A stretch of DNA of 56,630 nucleotides. It comes from Methanobacteriota archaeon. Lineage in GTDB: Archaea; Halobacteriota; Halobacteria; Halobacteriales; Haloferacaceae. Each line of letters opens with the position of its first letter. Within the stretch, counting starts at the first letter, position 1. Positions 39,634-49,268 of the stretch are shown in pieces. A program made the position numbers and the translations under genes. The notes beneath the pieces were generated by a model. That model had not been told where the DNA came from, did no database searches, and worked only from the letters and a program-made list of their open reading frames with translations. Location: contig JBNJEE010000001.1 in NCBI GenBank assembly GCA_051745525.1, forward strand, positions 1 to 56,630. The letters are read 5' to 3'.

Positions 39634-40638
39634 TCAGAGGTCGACGGGGCCGCCGTCGGCGGTGCTCTCGGCGAGCGCGTCGATGACCGCCATGTTCGCG
39701 ACCGCCTCTTCCCCGTCGGTTAATGGCGCGGTCCCGTCTGCGACGCGCTCGGCGAAGTGCTCGACCTGGAGCCGGTACTGGTCGACCGCGGGGAACGTCT
39801 CGACGCCGTGCCGCCCGTCGATCTCGTACTCCAGCTCGACGGGCTCGTCGGTCGGGGCGTCGAACGCGCGCTCGACCTCGACCCAGCCGTCGGTCGCGTC
39901 GATGCGGTAGCGCTGGAGCAACTGGGTGTCGAAGCCGGACGCGACCCGCGCCGAGCGGCCGTCGTCGTACGCTAACACGCCCGCAAGCTCCGCGTCGACC
40001 CCGGCGTCCCGGCTGTCGCTGGCGTGGGCGTAGGCGCGGTCGGGTTCTCCCAGCACCGTTCGGGCGAGCGAGACGGGGTAGCAGCCGACGTCCATCAGCG
40101 ACCCGCCCGCGAGGTCGGGGTCGAGCCGGACGTCGTTCGGGCGGTCGTACAGCGGGAAGCGGAAAGTGGCCGTCACCGTGCGGACGTCGTCGAGTTCGTT
40201 CGCCGCGAGCGCGACGGCGCGCTCGGTGCGCGGGTGGTACCGGTACATGAACGCCTCCATCAGCGTGACGCCCCGTTCGTCGCAGTGGTCGACCACCGCC
40301 CGCGCCTCGTCGGCGTCGGCGGCCAGCGGCTTCTCGCAGAGGACGTCCAGGCCGGCGTCCGCGGCACGTTTCGTCCACTCGGCGTGGCTGCCGTTGGGGA
40401 GGGGGACGTACACCGCGTCGAGCGCGTCGTCGTCGAAGAGCGCCTCGTAGGAGCCGTAGCTTCGGGGGATCGCGTTCTCGGCCGCGAACCGCTCCGCGCG
40501 GTCGGCGTCGCGGGACGCCACCGCGCCGACCGCGTGGTCGCTCGCGGCGATCGCCGGGATCACCGCTTTGCGAGCGATTCCGGCAGTGCCGAGGACGCCG
40601 AATTCGAGGCTCGTCGATCCGGACTGTGAGGCGGGCAT
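39634..40638 (-). CDS. Gfo/Idh/MocA oxidoreductase (aldose 1-dehydrogenase-like)
   Basis: GVLGTAGIA, LCEKPLA, MEAFMYRYHP, GGSLMDVGCY; start ATG 40638. Confidence 0.92.
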   Translation of the reverse strand: MPASQSGSTSLEFGVLGTAGIARKAVIPAIAASDHAVGAVASRDADRAERFAAENAIPRSYGSYEALFDDDALDAVYVPLPNGSHAEWTKRAADAGLDVLCEKPLAADADEARAVVDHCDERGVTLMEAFMYRYHPRTERAVALAANELDDVRTVTATFRFPLYDRPNDVRLDPDLAGGSLMDVGCYPVSLARTVLGEPDRAYAHASDSRDAGVDAELAGVLAYDDGRSARVASGFDTQLLQRYRIDATDGWVEVERAFDAPTDEPVELEYEIDGRHGVETFPAVDQYRLQVEHFAERVADGTAPLTDGEEAVANMAVIDALAESTADGGPVDL

Positions 40639-40961
40639 GGGCGGAGCGACGCGTCCCCCGGGCAAGTCGGTTGGGGTCGACGGGCTCGACTGCGGCCGTG
40701 ACCGCGGCCGCCGACGCTCCCTGCGATGAGTCTCCGAACACCGCCGAACGGATAACGGAGAGCCGCAACCTCCGAAAGGCCGGTCTGCGAGCGCCTTGAA
40801 ACGGGCGGGGGCGATCGGCCTCCCCGGGGAGCCCCGGACGCGTCGCTGGGGAATCCACCCGGAGCGCACGTACCCGCAAATGTCGGTATCGGCGGTGTTC
40901 GCGGTTCGCGGCAGCGGCGACCGACGACACGGGTTTATTTCCTGAGCGTCTATCGCGAGCA

Positions 40962-41339
40962 ATCGCACAACGGTCCCTGCTCGTTCGGGCGCTGTGGTTC
41001 GTCCTCGTCGGCTGGTGGGCGACGCCGATCGTCGTCAACGTCGCGTGGCTGCTCAACGTCACGGTCGTGCTCCTCCCGATCGGTATCAAGCTGATCAACC
41101 TCGTGCCGACGGTGCTCACGCTCGCGGAGCCGCGGTCGCTCTCCGACCCCGATTCGGCTCGGGGACAGCGGTCGCTCGTCGTCCGTGCGGTCTACTTCGT
41201 CCTCGTCGGGTGGTGGCTGAGCCTGCTGTGGGCGAACGTTGCGTCGGCGCTCGCGATGACCGTCGTGGGGCTACCAGTCGCGGTCTGGATGCTCAACCGG
41301 CTCCCGTACGTCACGTCGCTGTACCGGTTCCATGGGTAG
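40962..41339 (+). pseudogene. YccF-domain membrane protein with ATC in place of the start codon
   Basis: Two internal repeats QRSLLVRALWFVLVGWW / QRSLVVRAVYFVLVGWW; first codon ATC, no in-frame ATG/GTG until 41067. Confidence 0.7.
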
Positions 41340-41372
41340 TCCCGCCGGGCACGCGGGGCGGACGGTTCGAAC

Positions 41373-41843
41373 TCAGTTGATTTCGAGAATTTCGACGTCG
41401 AATGTCAGCGTCTCCCCGGCGAGCGGCGGGTTGAACTCCGCCCGAACGGTGTCGTCGTCGACGTGGACGACCTCGCCCTGGCTGCCGTCTTGGGCCTCGA
41501 GGTACGCGCCCTCCTCAGGCAGTTGGCCGCCGAGCAGCTCCCGAAGTTCGTCGGTCTCGAACTCCTCGACGTTCTCGTCGCTGGGCTGCCCGTAGGCCTC
41601 CTCCGGCGGAATCGTCAGCGTGTCCGTCTCGCCGGTTTCCAACCCGATGAGTCCCTCCTCCATTCCCTCTATGACCTGTCCGGCACCCACGTCGATCGTT
41701 AGCGGCGTGTACTCGCGGTCGGGCTGGGCCTCGGCGAGACCCGCCTCCTCGGCGACCGATTCCTAGGATGTGTCGAAGACGGTGCCGTCGTCGAGTCGGC
41801 CGGTGTACTCGAGCGTCACGGAGTCGCCAGTAGTTATCGACAT
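41373..41843 (-). pseudogene. slyD: FKBP-type peptidyl-prolyl isomerase (SlyD-like) with an in-frame TAG
   Basis: MSITTGDSVTLEYTGRLDDGTVFDTS*ESVAEE...GQVIEG...NPPLAGETLTFDVEI; TAG at 41763-41765. Confidence 0.88.
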
Positions 41844-41924
41844 ACAGACACGAGGAGTGCCACACGGAAAGCCTGTGTCATCTGCGGACATCGGCCGCGC
41901 CGTGAGAACCGACGGCCGACGGCG

Positions 41925-42536
41925 TCAGCCGGACGCCGGGAGCTCCTCGACCACCGCGACGTCGTGTCCGGCGGCGTAGCCGTTCAGCTTGGCGGCGATG
42001 GGTGACTCCCTCAACGCCTCGTCGTCGTATCCCGCCGCGTCGAACGCGTCCATAAGCGAGGAGGCGGACCGCAGCTTGTACTTCTGGTGGTAGTCTTCGG
42101 CCGGATAGAACCGCGAGAGCTGCTCGATGCGTGTGCCGATCCCGTCGGCAGTGAGCCCTCGTGACGAGAGGAACTCGTCGAGGGTCGCCTGCTGGGCCGC
42201 CGTCGCCGTGAGGACGACGTTTTGGTACTGCGTGTTTCCGGTCTGGTGGTTGGGGTTGTGGGATTCGAAGACCCGTGTCAGCAGGTCTCGGTACGTGATT
42301 GTGTCGGGATCGAACTCGATCTGAACCACTTCGGTGTGGTCGCTCAACGAGTGGTACGTCGGGTCGCGCGAGGTCCCGCCGGCGTAGCCCACGCGAGTGC
42401 GGACCACGCCGTCGACGGCGCCGAACCGGGCGTCCGGGCCCCAGAAGCACCCGAGTCCGAACGTCGCCGTCTCGGTCTCGTCGCTGTCTATCGCACGGCG
42501 ATCGTACTCTCGGATGTGTGTTGCTGTGAGGTCCAT
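41925..42536 (-). CDS. msrA: Peptide-methionine (S)-S-oxide reductase
   Basis: GCFWG, RVGYAGG, HTEVVQ, FYPAEDYHQKY; start ATG 42536. Confidence 0.95.
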   Translation of the reverse strand: MDLTATHIREYDRRAIDSDETETATFGLGCFWGPDARFGAVDGVVRTRVGYAGGTSRDPTYHSLSDHTEVVQIEFDPDTITYRDLLTRVFESHNPNHQTGNTQYQNVVLTATAAQQATLDEFLSSRGLTADGIGTRIEQLSRFYPAEDYHQKYKLRSASSLMDAFDAAGYDDEALRESPIAAKLNGYAAGHDVAVVEELPASG

Positions 42537-42814
42537 GGGTGCTAGCTGCCTGTAGAGTCGTCGCAGGGCGGTTCGCGGATCGGGCCGCATCTACTCGCAG
42601 TCGGGCTCGCAGACGTATATGTTGCGTGTTGCCGTGTGTCGCTGCTAGGCGGAGCGGAGTAGCGTCTTTGGGCCGTTGAGTTCGGCTCCCGTCGGTTTCG
42701 GAGATGCTCGCGGCGCATCGGCCGCGATCACCGGAGAAATCGAGGGGCGGTGAGCGGTCTCCTCGTCGGGAGTGTCCCCGTTTCGTCGACGGCGACGATT
42801 CAAGTTGGTTCCCG

Positions 42815-44176
42815 TTACTCAACCCACACGGTCTTGCGGTTGACGAACTCCTTGATCCCCGCCTCGGAGAGTTCCCGTCCGTAGCCGGAGTCCCCGACGC
42901 CGCCGAACGGAACTCGCGGGTCGGACTTCACCAGCTGGTTCACGTACACGCAGCCCGCGTCGATGCGGCTCGCGACGCGCTCCCCGCGGTCGCGGTCCTC
43001 GGTCCAGACGCTCGCGCCGAGCCCGAACTCCGTGTCGTTCGCCTTGGCGATCGCCGCCGCCTCGTCGTCGACTTCGTACACCGTTGCCACCGGTCCGAAC
43101 GTCTCCTCGGTGTCGGCGGGGCACCCCTCGGGGACGTCGGTCAGGACGGTCGGCGGGTAGAACGTCCCCTCGCGGTCGAGCGGCTCGCCGCCGGTCACGA
43201 GCGTCGCGCCCGCGTCGACGCTCGCGGCGACCTGCTCGTGGAGCGTCTCCATGAGGTCCGCTCGCGCTTGCGGCCCGACGTCTGTCGCCTCGTCGGTCGG
43301 GTCGCCGACGACGAGCGCGTCGACCTCGTCGACCAGCGCGTCGAGGAACTCGTCGTAGGCGTCGGTGTGGACGACGAAGCGCTTCGCGGCGATACACGAC
43401 TGCCCGCCGTTCAGGTTCCGCGCCCACGCGCCCGTCTCGGCCGCGGAAGAGACGTCGGCGTCGTCGAGGACGACGAACGGGTCGCTCCCGCCGAGTTCGA
43501 GGACGGTCTTCTTGAGCTGATCGCCGGCGCTCGCCGCGACCGCGCGCCCGGCCGGGCCGCTCCCGGTGAGCGTCGCGGCCTGGACCCGGTCGTCCGTGAG
43601 GAGGCCGTCGACGAGGTCCGACGGGATCAGGAGCGACTGGAAGACGTCCTCGGGGTAGCCGGCATCGCGGAACACCTCCTCGATGGCGAGCGCGCAGCCG
43701 GGCACGTTCGACGCGTGCTTGAGGATCCCGACGTTCCCGGCGGTGAGGTACGGCGCGGCGAAGCGGAACACCTGCCAGAACGGGAAGTTCCACGGCATCA
43801 CTGCCAGGACCGGCCCGAGCGGCTCGTGTTCGGTCCTGACCGTCGAGCCCGGCGGACTCGGGTGGTGGTCCGCCTCGAGGTACGCGCTCGCGTGCTCCGC
43901 GTAGTGGTCACAGACCCACGCGCATTTCTCGATCTCGCCGACCGCCTGCGAGATCGGTTTCCCCATCTCCGCCGTCATCGTCTCAGCGTACTCCAGCTTG
44001 TTCGCTCTGAGCACGTCTGCCGCGTCCGCGAGGAGCCGCTCGCGGTCCCGGACCGGGCGGGTCTTCCAGTCCTCGAACGCCCGCACCGACCGGGCTACCG
44101 CCGCCTCGACGTCGGCCGCGTCGTGTTCATCGTACGTCTCGATACGCGCTCCGGTCGCCGGATTCACAACGTCCAT
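42815..44176 (-). CDS. NAD(P)-dependent aldehyde dehydrogenase (succinate-semialdehyde dehydrogenase-like)
   Basis: MPWNFPFWQ, LTGS, LELGGSDP, GQSCIAAKR, EETFGP; start ATG 44176. Confidence 0.93.
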   Translation of the reverse strand: MDVVNPATGARIETYDEHDAADVEAAVARSVRAFEDWKTRPVRDRERLLADAADVLRANKLEYAETMTAEMGKPISQAVGEIEKCAWVCDHYAEHASAYLEADHHPSPPGSTVRTEHEPLGPVLAVMPWNFPFWQVFRFAAPYLTAGNVGILKHASNVPGCALAIEEVFRDAGYPEDVFQSLLIPSDLVDGLLTDDRVQAATLTGSGPAGRAVAASAGDQLKKTVLELGGSDPFVVLDDADVSSAAETGAWARNLNGGQSCIAAKRFVVHTDAYDEFLDALVDEVDALVVGDPTDEATDVGPQARADLMETLHEQVAASVDAGATLVTGGEPLDREGTFYPPTVLTDVPEGCPADTEETFGPVATVYEVDDEAAAIAKANDTEFGLGASVWTEDRDRGERVASRIDAGCVYVNQLVKSDPRVPFGGVGDSGYGRELSEAGIKEFVNRKTVWVE

Positions 44177-44367
44177 GTGAGACACGAGAACGGTACACAG
44201 GTATATTAACATTGGTCACACCGGGGGCTCCGCGAGCGACGGATTCCGCGATCGTTGCGAGCGGTTCAGATCCATTTTGAGGCGGCTTTCGGGGACGTGA
44301 TGCGGGAAAGACAGTGAGCGTGTGTCACGGACCTACACATTTATGTAGTGAGCGACACTCACGGACG

Positions 44368-44383
44368 ATTGTTAACAATGGAA
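44368..44383. promoter_or_regulatory. Palindrome ATTGTTAACAAT / TwACAwTG motif at the start of the ABC operon
   Basis: Perfect 12-bp palindrome 44368-44379; related motifs at 44207, 52924 and 53007. Confidence 0.55.
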
Positions 44384-45703
44384 ACCAAAGGTGGGAATTC
44401 CGGAAACAAGCATAACCGGGACAACGATACGGAGACGAGTTCGGTAAGCCAGTCACCCGTCCGCCGGCGACGGTTCCTACAGGCCGCCGGCGCGGGGACG
44501 GCGGTCGCGCTCGCCGGCTGTTCGGGCGGGGGCGGCGACAGCGGTCCCGTAACGCTCGGCGCCGCGTACATCCTCTCCGGGTTCGCCTCGCTGTACGGCG
44601 AGGAGGCCGAGCGCGGGATCGATCTCGCGGAGTCAGAAATCAACGACAACGGCGGTATCGACGGCCGAGACGTCGAGGTGATCGTCCGCGACACCGAAGC
44701 GAGCGGCGACACGGCGATCCAGCAGATCCGCAGCCTCGTCCAAGAAGACGACGTCGACGGGCTGTTCGGGCTCGACTCCAGCGGCGTCGCGCAGGCCGTC
44801 GCGCCGCAGGTCTCGCAGCTCCAGATGCCGTTCATGATCACGCACGCGGCGACCCCGTTCGTCACCTCGCCGCAGGGTGAGCACGAGGACTCCGTCGGGA
44901 ACGAGTACGTGTTCCGCGACTCCAACAGCCTCGCGCAGGACATCTACGGGGCCGCGCGGGTCGCCGAGGAGCTCGACGCCACCGAGTGGGCCACCATCGG
45001 CCCGGACTATGCGTTCGGGTACGAGACCTGGGACTACTTCCAGGCGTACTGCGACGGGCTCGGCGTCGACGCCGAGTTCATGGCCGAACAGTTCCCGGCG
45101 CTGGAGACGAGCGACTACACGCCGTTCATCAGCTCCATCCTCGACGCCGACCCCGACGCGGTGCTCACTCCGCTGTGGGGCGCCGACCTCACGACGTTCA
45201 TCGGGCAAGCCGAAGACGCGGGCTGGTTCGATCAGATCGACCACACGCTGTTCAGCGTCGGGATGGGGACGGACTACCCGAGCGACGGAAGTCCGCTCCC
45301 GGAGGGGGAGTACGCCTCTACCCGGTACGACCCGTTCGTCCCCGACACCGAGACGAACAACTCGTTCCGCGAGGCGTACTACGAGGAGTACGAATCGCTC
45401 CCGACGTACAACGCAGAGGGGGCGTATCGGGCGCTCTACCTGTACAAGGAGGCGATCGAGTCGGCCGGCAGTACAGACCCCGGAGCGCTCGTCGACGAGT
45501 TTACCGGCATGGAGCATTCGGGCCCCGTCGGCGACTACCAGTTCAGCGAAACGAACCAAGGGACGGTCGCGTCCATCTGGGGCACCGTGACGTACGACGA
45601 AGAGTGGGAGAGCAACGTGCTCGATCCCGTGAACCGATACGAGGCGGGTCCCGACGTGCTGTCCGAGGCGCTCGGCAACTCCGACCTCCCGGCGGGTATC
45701 TAA
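44378..45703 (+). CDS. HAAT (Liv-type) ABC substrate-binding lipoprotein, Tat
   Basis: RRRRFL twin-Arg, LAGC lipobox, NGGIDGR, PDYAFG. Confidence 0.92.
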   Translation: METKGGNSGNKHNRDNDTETSSVSQSPVRRRRFLQAAGAGTAVALAGCSGGGGDSGPVTLGAAYILSGFASLYGEEAERGIDLAESEINDNGGIDGRDVEVIVRDTEASGDTAIQQIRSLVQEDDVDGLFGLDSSGVAQAVAPQVSQLQMPFMITHAATPFVTSPQGEHEDSVGNEYVFRDSNSLAQDIYGAARVAEELDATEWATIGPDYAFGYETWDYFQAYCDGLGVDAEFMAEQFPALETSDYTPFISSILDADPDAVLTPLWGADLTTFIGQAEDAGWFDQIDHTLFSVGMGTDYPSDGSPLPEGEYASTRYDPFVPDTETNNSFREAYYEEYESLPTYNAEGAYRALYLYKEAIESAGSTDPGALVDEFTGMEHSGPVGDYQFSETNQGTVASIWGTVTYDEEWESNVLDPVNRYEAGPDVLSEALGNSDLPAGI

Positions 45704-45719
45704 GCCCGTCGCCGTCTTC

Positions 45720-46613
45720 ATGAGTTTCACATCACTCGTTCCACTGATCGGTATCTCCGACGTCGTCATCGGGTTGAGCCTCGGGAGTCGGCTCTTCCTG
45801 ATCGCCGTCGGGCTGAGTCTCATATTCGGGGTACTTGGCGTGCTCAACTTCGCCCACGGCGGGTTCTACATGCTTGGTGCGTACGTCACGCTCGCCGTCG
45901 TCTCGAACGTCGTCGACAACTTCTGGATCGCCGTCGTGGTCGGGGCGCTCGCCGTCGGCGTCGTCGGCGCCGCGATCGAGTTCTCGGCGATCCGCCGGCT
46001 GTACGACCGAGTCGACTCGGACCTCGACCAGCTCATCGTCACGTTCGGGTTCGTGCTCGTGATCCACGAGGCGGTCCGGTTCATCTGGGGGTCGGGGTCG
46101 TACTCGATCGACCCGCCGGACGTGTTCAACTTCTCCGTCGCACTCGGCGGGAGCACGTTCAACGCGTACCGGCTGGTTGTCATCGCCCTGGCCGTTGGGG
46201 TGCTCGTCGCGCTGTGGCTGTTCATCACGCGGACGTACTTCGGCTCGCTGGTCCGGGGGACCTCCTCGGACCGCGAGATGGCGGCCATGCTCGGCGTCGA
46301 CGTGCCGCAACTCTACACCGGGGTCTTCTTCCTCGGTAGCGTGCTGGCGGGACTGGGCGGTGCGCTCTCAGCGCCGCTACAGTCGACGAGCCCGGCACTC
46401 GGCGATCAGGTGATCATCGACGCGTTCATCGTCGTGGTCATCGGCGGCCTCGGCTCGATGAGCGGTGCCTTCGTCGGCGCGATGCTCATCGGCATGATGC
46501 AGAGTCTCGGGCCGCAGTTCATCAGCGCCGGCAGCATCGCGATTCCCTTCCTCGCGATGGTAATCGTGTTGCTGCTGCGTCCAGAGGGCCTGTTCGGGGG
46601 GATCGGCGAATGA
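45720..46613 (+). CDS. livH: Liv-type ABC permease
   Basis: GLSLIFGVLGVLNFAHG, VVIGGLGS. Confidence 0.93.
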   Translation: MSFTSLVPLIGISDVVIGLSLGSRLFLIAVGLSLIFGVLGVLNFAHGGFYMLGAYVTLAVVSNVVDNFWIAVVVGALAVGVVGAAIEFSAIRRLYDRVDSDLDQLIVTFGFVLVIHEAVRFIWGSGSYSIDPPDVFNFSVALGGSTFNAYRLVVIALAVGVLVALWLFITRTYFGSLVRGTSSDREMAAMLGVDVPQLYTGVFFLGSVLAGLGGALSAPLQSTSPALGDQVIIDAFIVVVIGGLGSMSGAFVGAMLIGMMQSLGPQFISAGSIAIPFLAMVIVLLLRPEGLFGGIGE

Positions 46614-47788
46614 GCACGACTGATACCGGGAGCCGGGTTAGTCAGTTCGGCTCGGCCGTCGCCGAAGGCTGGACCCGCGAACGGTTCGGTCTCCTCGGCG
46701 CCGTCGCGCTGGTCCTGATGGCCTTCGCGCCGACGTTCCAAGTGTACCTGTTCACCGACTTCCTCGTTGTTGCGCTGTTCGCGCTCGGGTTCAACCTGCT
46801 GTACGGGTACACGGGCCTGCTCTCGTTCGGTCACGGGCTGTTCTACGCGGGGGGTGCGTACGGTATCGCGATCGTGTTGCGGGACCTCGGACCGGTGATC
46901 GCCGACGTCGTCGGTGCCGGGATCTCGCCGCTCGTCACGTTCGTCCTCGGCGGCGTGGTCGGCCTCGTACTCGTCGTCGCCGTCGCCGTGCCTGTCGGGT
47001 GGCTCAGCGTCCGGATGGAGGAGATCTACTTCGCACTGATCACGCTCGCGTTCGGGATGTTGGGCTACTCGCTCATCATCCAGGACCCGGCGGGGCTGAC
47101 GAACGGAACTGACGGGGTAATCGTCCTGCTCGGGACAGTCGAATTCGGCGGCGCGAGCCTCCGGATCAGTGGTCGGCGGGTCTACTACGTGATTTCCGCT
47201 GTCACCGTCGTCACGGCGGCGTACGGAGTGTGGCGCGTCGTCAACTCCCCGTTCGGGGCCGTCTGCAAAGCGATCCGCGAGAGTCCCGACCGCGCGGCTG
47301 CGCTCGGGATCGACGTTAGCCACCACCGGTGGATGACGTTCATTATTTCGACGGCTGTCGTCGGGGTCGCCGGCGTGTTACGCGCGGGGCTCGCGAGCGT
47401 CGCGTCCCCGGAGCTCACCCACTGGTCGACGAGTGCGATCGCGGTCATCGCGACCGTGATCGGCGGCGCGACCTATTTCTACGGCCCGATCGTGGGCGCG
47501 TTCATCTTCTTGTACGTCCGGTGGGCGATCAGTCGCTTCCCGACGCTGGAGGCGTACTGGGAGCTGTTTTTCGGCGCACTGCTCATCGCTGTCGTGCTGT
47601 TCTTCAAGCAGGGCGCCGTCGGCGGTCTCCTACTGCTTCGCGACCGACTACTCGGGGACGGAGACGCAGACGGCACGGATGGGGGAGATGGCGGCAGCCG
47701 AGGCGACGAGCGGACGACGGCTGCGCCGGACGACGAGGCGGAGCCGAGCGGCGACGACGCGCGGACCGAGAGAGGTGATACCTCGTGA
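46610..47788 (+). CDS. livM: Liv-type ABC permease
   Basis: NLLYGYTGLLSFGH, AIRES, GPIVGA. Confidence 0.93.
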   Translation: MSTTDTGSRVSQFGSAVAEGWTRERFGLLGAVALVLMAFAPTFQVYLFTDFLVVALFALGFNLLYGYTGLLSFGHGLFYAGGAYGIAIVLRDLGPVIADVVGAGISPLVTFVLGGVVGLVLVVAVAVPVGWLSVRMEEIYFALITLAFGMLGYSLIIQDPAGLTNGTDGVIVLLGTVEFGGASLRISGRRVYYVISAVTVVTAAYGVWRVVNSPFGAVCKAIRESPDRAAALGIDVSHHRWMTFIISTAVVGVAGVLRAGLASVASPELTHWSTSAIAVIATVIGGATYFYGPIVGAFIFLYVRWAISRFPTLEAYWELFFGALLIAVVLFFKQGAVGGLLLLRDRLLGDGDADGTDGGDGGSRGDERTTAAPDDEAEPSGDDARTERGDTS

Positions 47789-48558
47789 CGACTGTCCTCA
47801 AGACCGAAGACCTCCGTAAACAGTTCGGCGAACTGACCGCCGTCGACGACGTCTCCATCGAGATCGACGACGACAAGATCACCAGCATAATCGGCCCGAA
47901 CGGGGCCGGAAAAACCACGTTCTACAACCTGCTGACGGGCGTCCTCCAGCCGACTTCGGGGTCGATCTGGCTCCGGAGCGGAGACGGGGGCGACCTCGCG
48001 GACGTCACCGACGCCGAGCCACACGAGGTGGCGCAGGCGGGGCTGTCGCGCTCGTATCAGATCACGAATATCTTCGAGGGGCTCACCGTGCGCGAGAACG
48101 TGCGGGTCGCCCGAATCAGCCACGAGGGGAACCGGCTCGACTTCCGCTCACGGGCCACCGGCGACGAGTCGGTCGAGGCCGACGTCGAAGAGCTGTTGGA
48201 ACTCACGGGGCTCACTGAGATCGCAGACACGCCCTGCGACACGCTGAGCCACGGCGAGAAACGGACCGTCGAAATCGCCCTCGCACTCGCCATCGAGCCG
48301 AACGTGTTCCTGATGGACGAGCCCACGGCGGGGATGAACCCGACGGAGGTCACGGAGATCGTCTCGCTGATCCGGGAACTCGACGCGGACCTCGACGCCA
48401 CATTCATTGTGACCGAGCATAACATGGACGTCGTCACAGACATCTCAGACCGGATCGTCGTGCTCGCCGAGGGATCGATCCTCGCGGACGGGACGCCGGA
48501 GGACGTGTTGACGGACGAACGGGTGACCGAGGCGTACCTGGGGAGTGATAGCGTATGA
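47785..48558 (+). CDS. livG: Liv-type ABC ATPase
   Basis: GPNGAGKT, LSHGE, MDEPTAG, EHNM. Confidence 0.93.
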   Translation: MTTVLKTEDLRKQFGELTAVDDVSIEIDDDKITSIIGPNGAGKTTFYNLLTGVLQPTSGSIWLRSGDGGDLADVTDAEPHEVAQAGLSRSYQITNIFEGLTVRENVRVARISHEGNRLDFRSRATGDESVEADVEELLELTGLTEIADTPCDTLSHGEKRTVEIALALAIEPNVFLMDEPTAGMNPTEVTEIVSLIRELDADLDATFIVTEHNMDVVTDISDRIVVLAEGSILADGTPEDVLTDERVTEAYLGSDSV

Positions 48559-49268
48559 CGATACTCACGGTCGACGACATCGACACGTACTACGGGAACA
48601 GCCACGTGCTCCACGGAGTCTCACTGGAGATCGACGAGGGAGAGGTGGTGTCGCTGCTCGGGCGCAACGGCGCCGGGAAGACGACGACGATGCGCTCGAT
48701 CGTCGGCGCGTCGCCGCCGCGCTCGGGGTCGATCACGTACCGCGGCGAAGAGATCACGGGGTTGTCCTCCGACGAGATCAACGGGCTCGGGATCTCGCTC
48801 GTCCCGGAGGACCGCCGGGTGTTCCCCACCCTGACCGTCCAAGAGAACCTCCGGCTGGCGCACAACCTGGCAAACGACCCGCGGCCGGTCAAGGAGATGT
48901 ACGAGCTGTTCCCGGCGCTCGCCGACCTCCGCGGCAGCGACGGGCGGAACCTCAGCGGCGGCGAACAGCAGATGGTGTCGGTCGCCCGCGCGCTGGTACA
49001 GTCGCCAGACGTGCTACTGTTAGACGAGCCGACCGAGGGGCTCGCGCCGGTGATCGTCGACGACCTCAAGGAGATCGTCCAGACGGTCGTCGACCAGAAC
49101 GTCACCGTGTTGCTGACCGAACAGAACGTCGAGTTCGCGTTCGACCTCGCCGAGCGAGGGTACATCATGGACACCGGCGAGATCGTCTTCGACGGCACCG
49201 TCGAGGAGATCCGGGACCGCGAGGACCTCCTCAAGACGTACCTCTCCGTGGGGACCGCCGATGCCTGA
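48555..49268 (+). CDS. livF: Liv-type ABC ATPase
   Basis: GRNGAGKT, LSGGEQQM, LDEPTEGLAP, EQN. Confidence 0.93.
   Translation: MTILTVDDIDTYYGNSHVLHGVSLEIDEGEVVSLLGRNGAGKTTTMRSIVGASPPRSGSITYRGEEITGLSSDEINGLGISLVPEDRRVFPTLTVQENLRLAHNLANDPRPVKEMYELFPALADLRGSDGRNLSGGEQQMVSVARALVQSPDVLLLDEPTEGLAPVIVDDLKEIVQTVVDQNVTVLLTEQNVEFAFDLAERGYIMDTGEIVFDGTVEEIRDREDLLKTYLSVGTADA

Noticed and set aside
41763-41765. Pyrrolysine or selenocysteine readthrough of the slyD TAG
   Set aside because: No pyl genes in the window, Sec uses TGA, and the site is not catalytic
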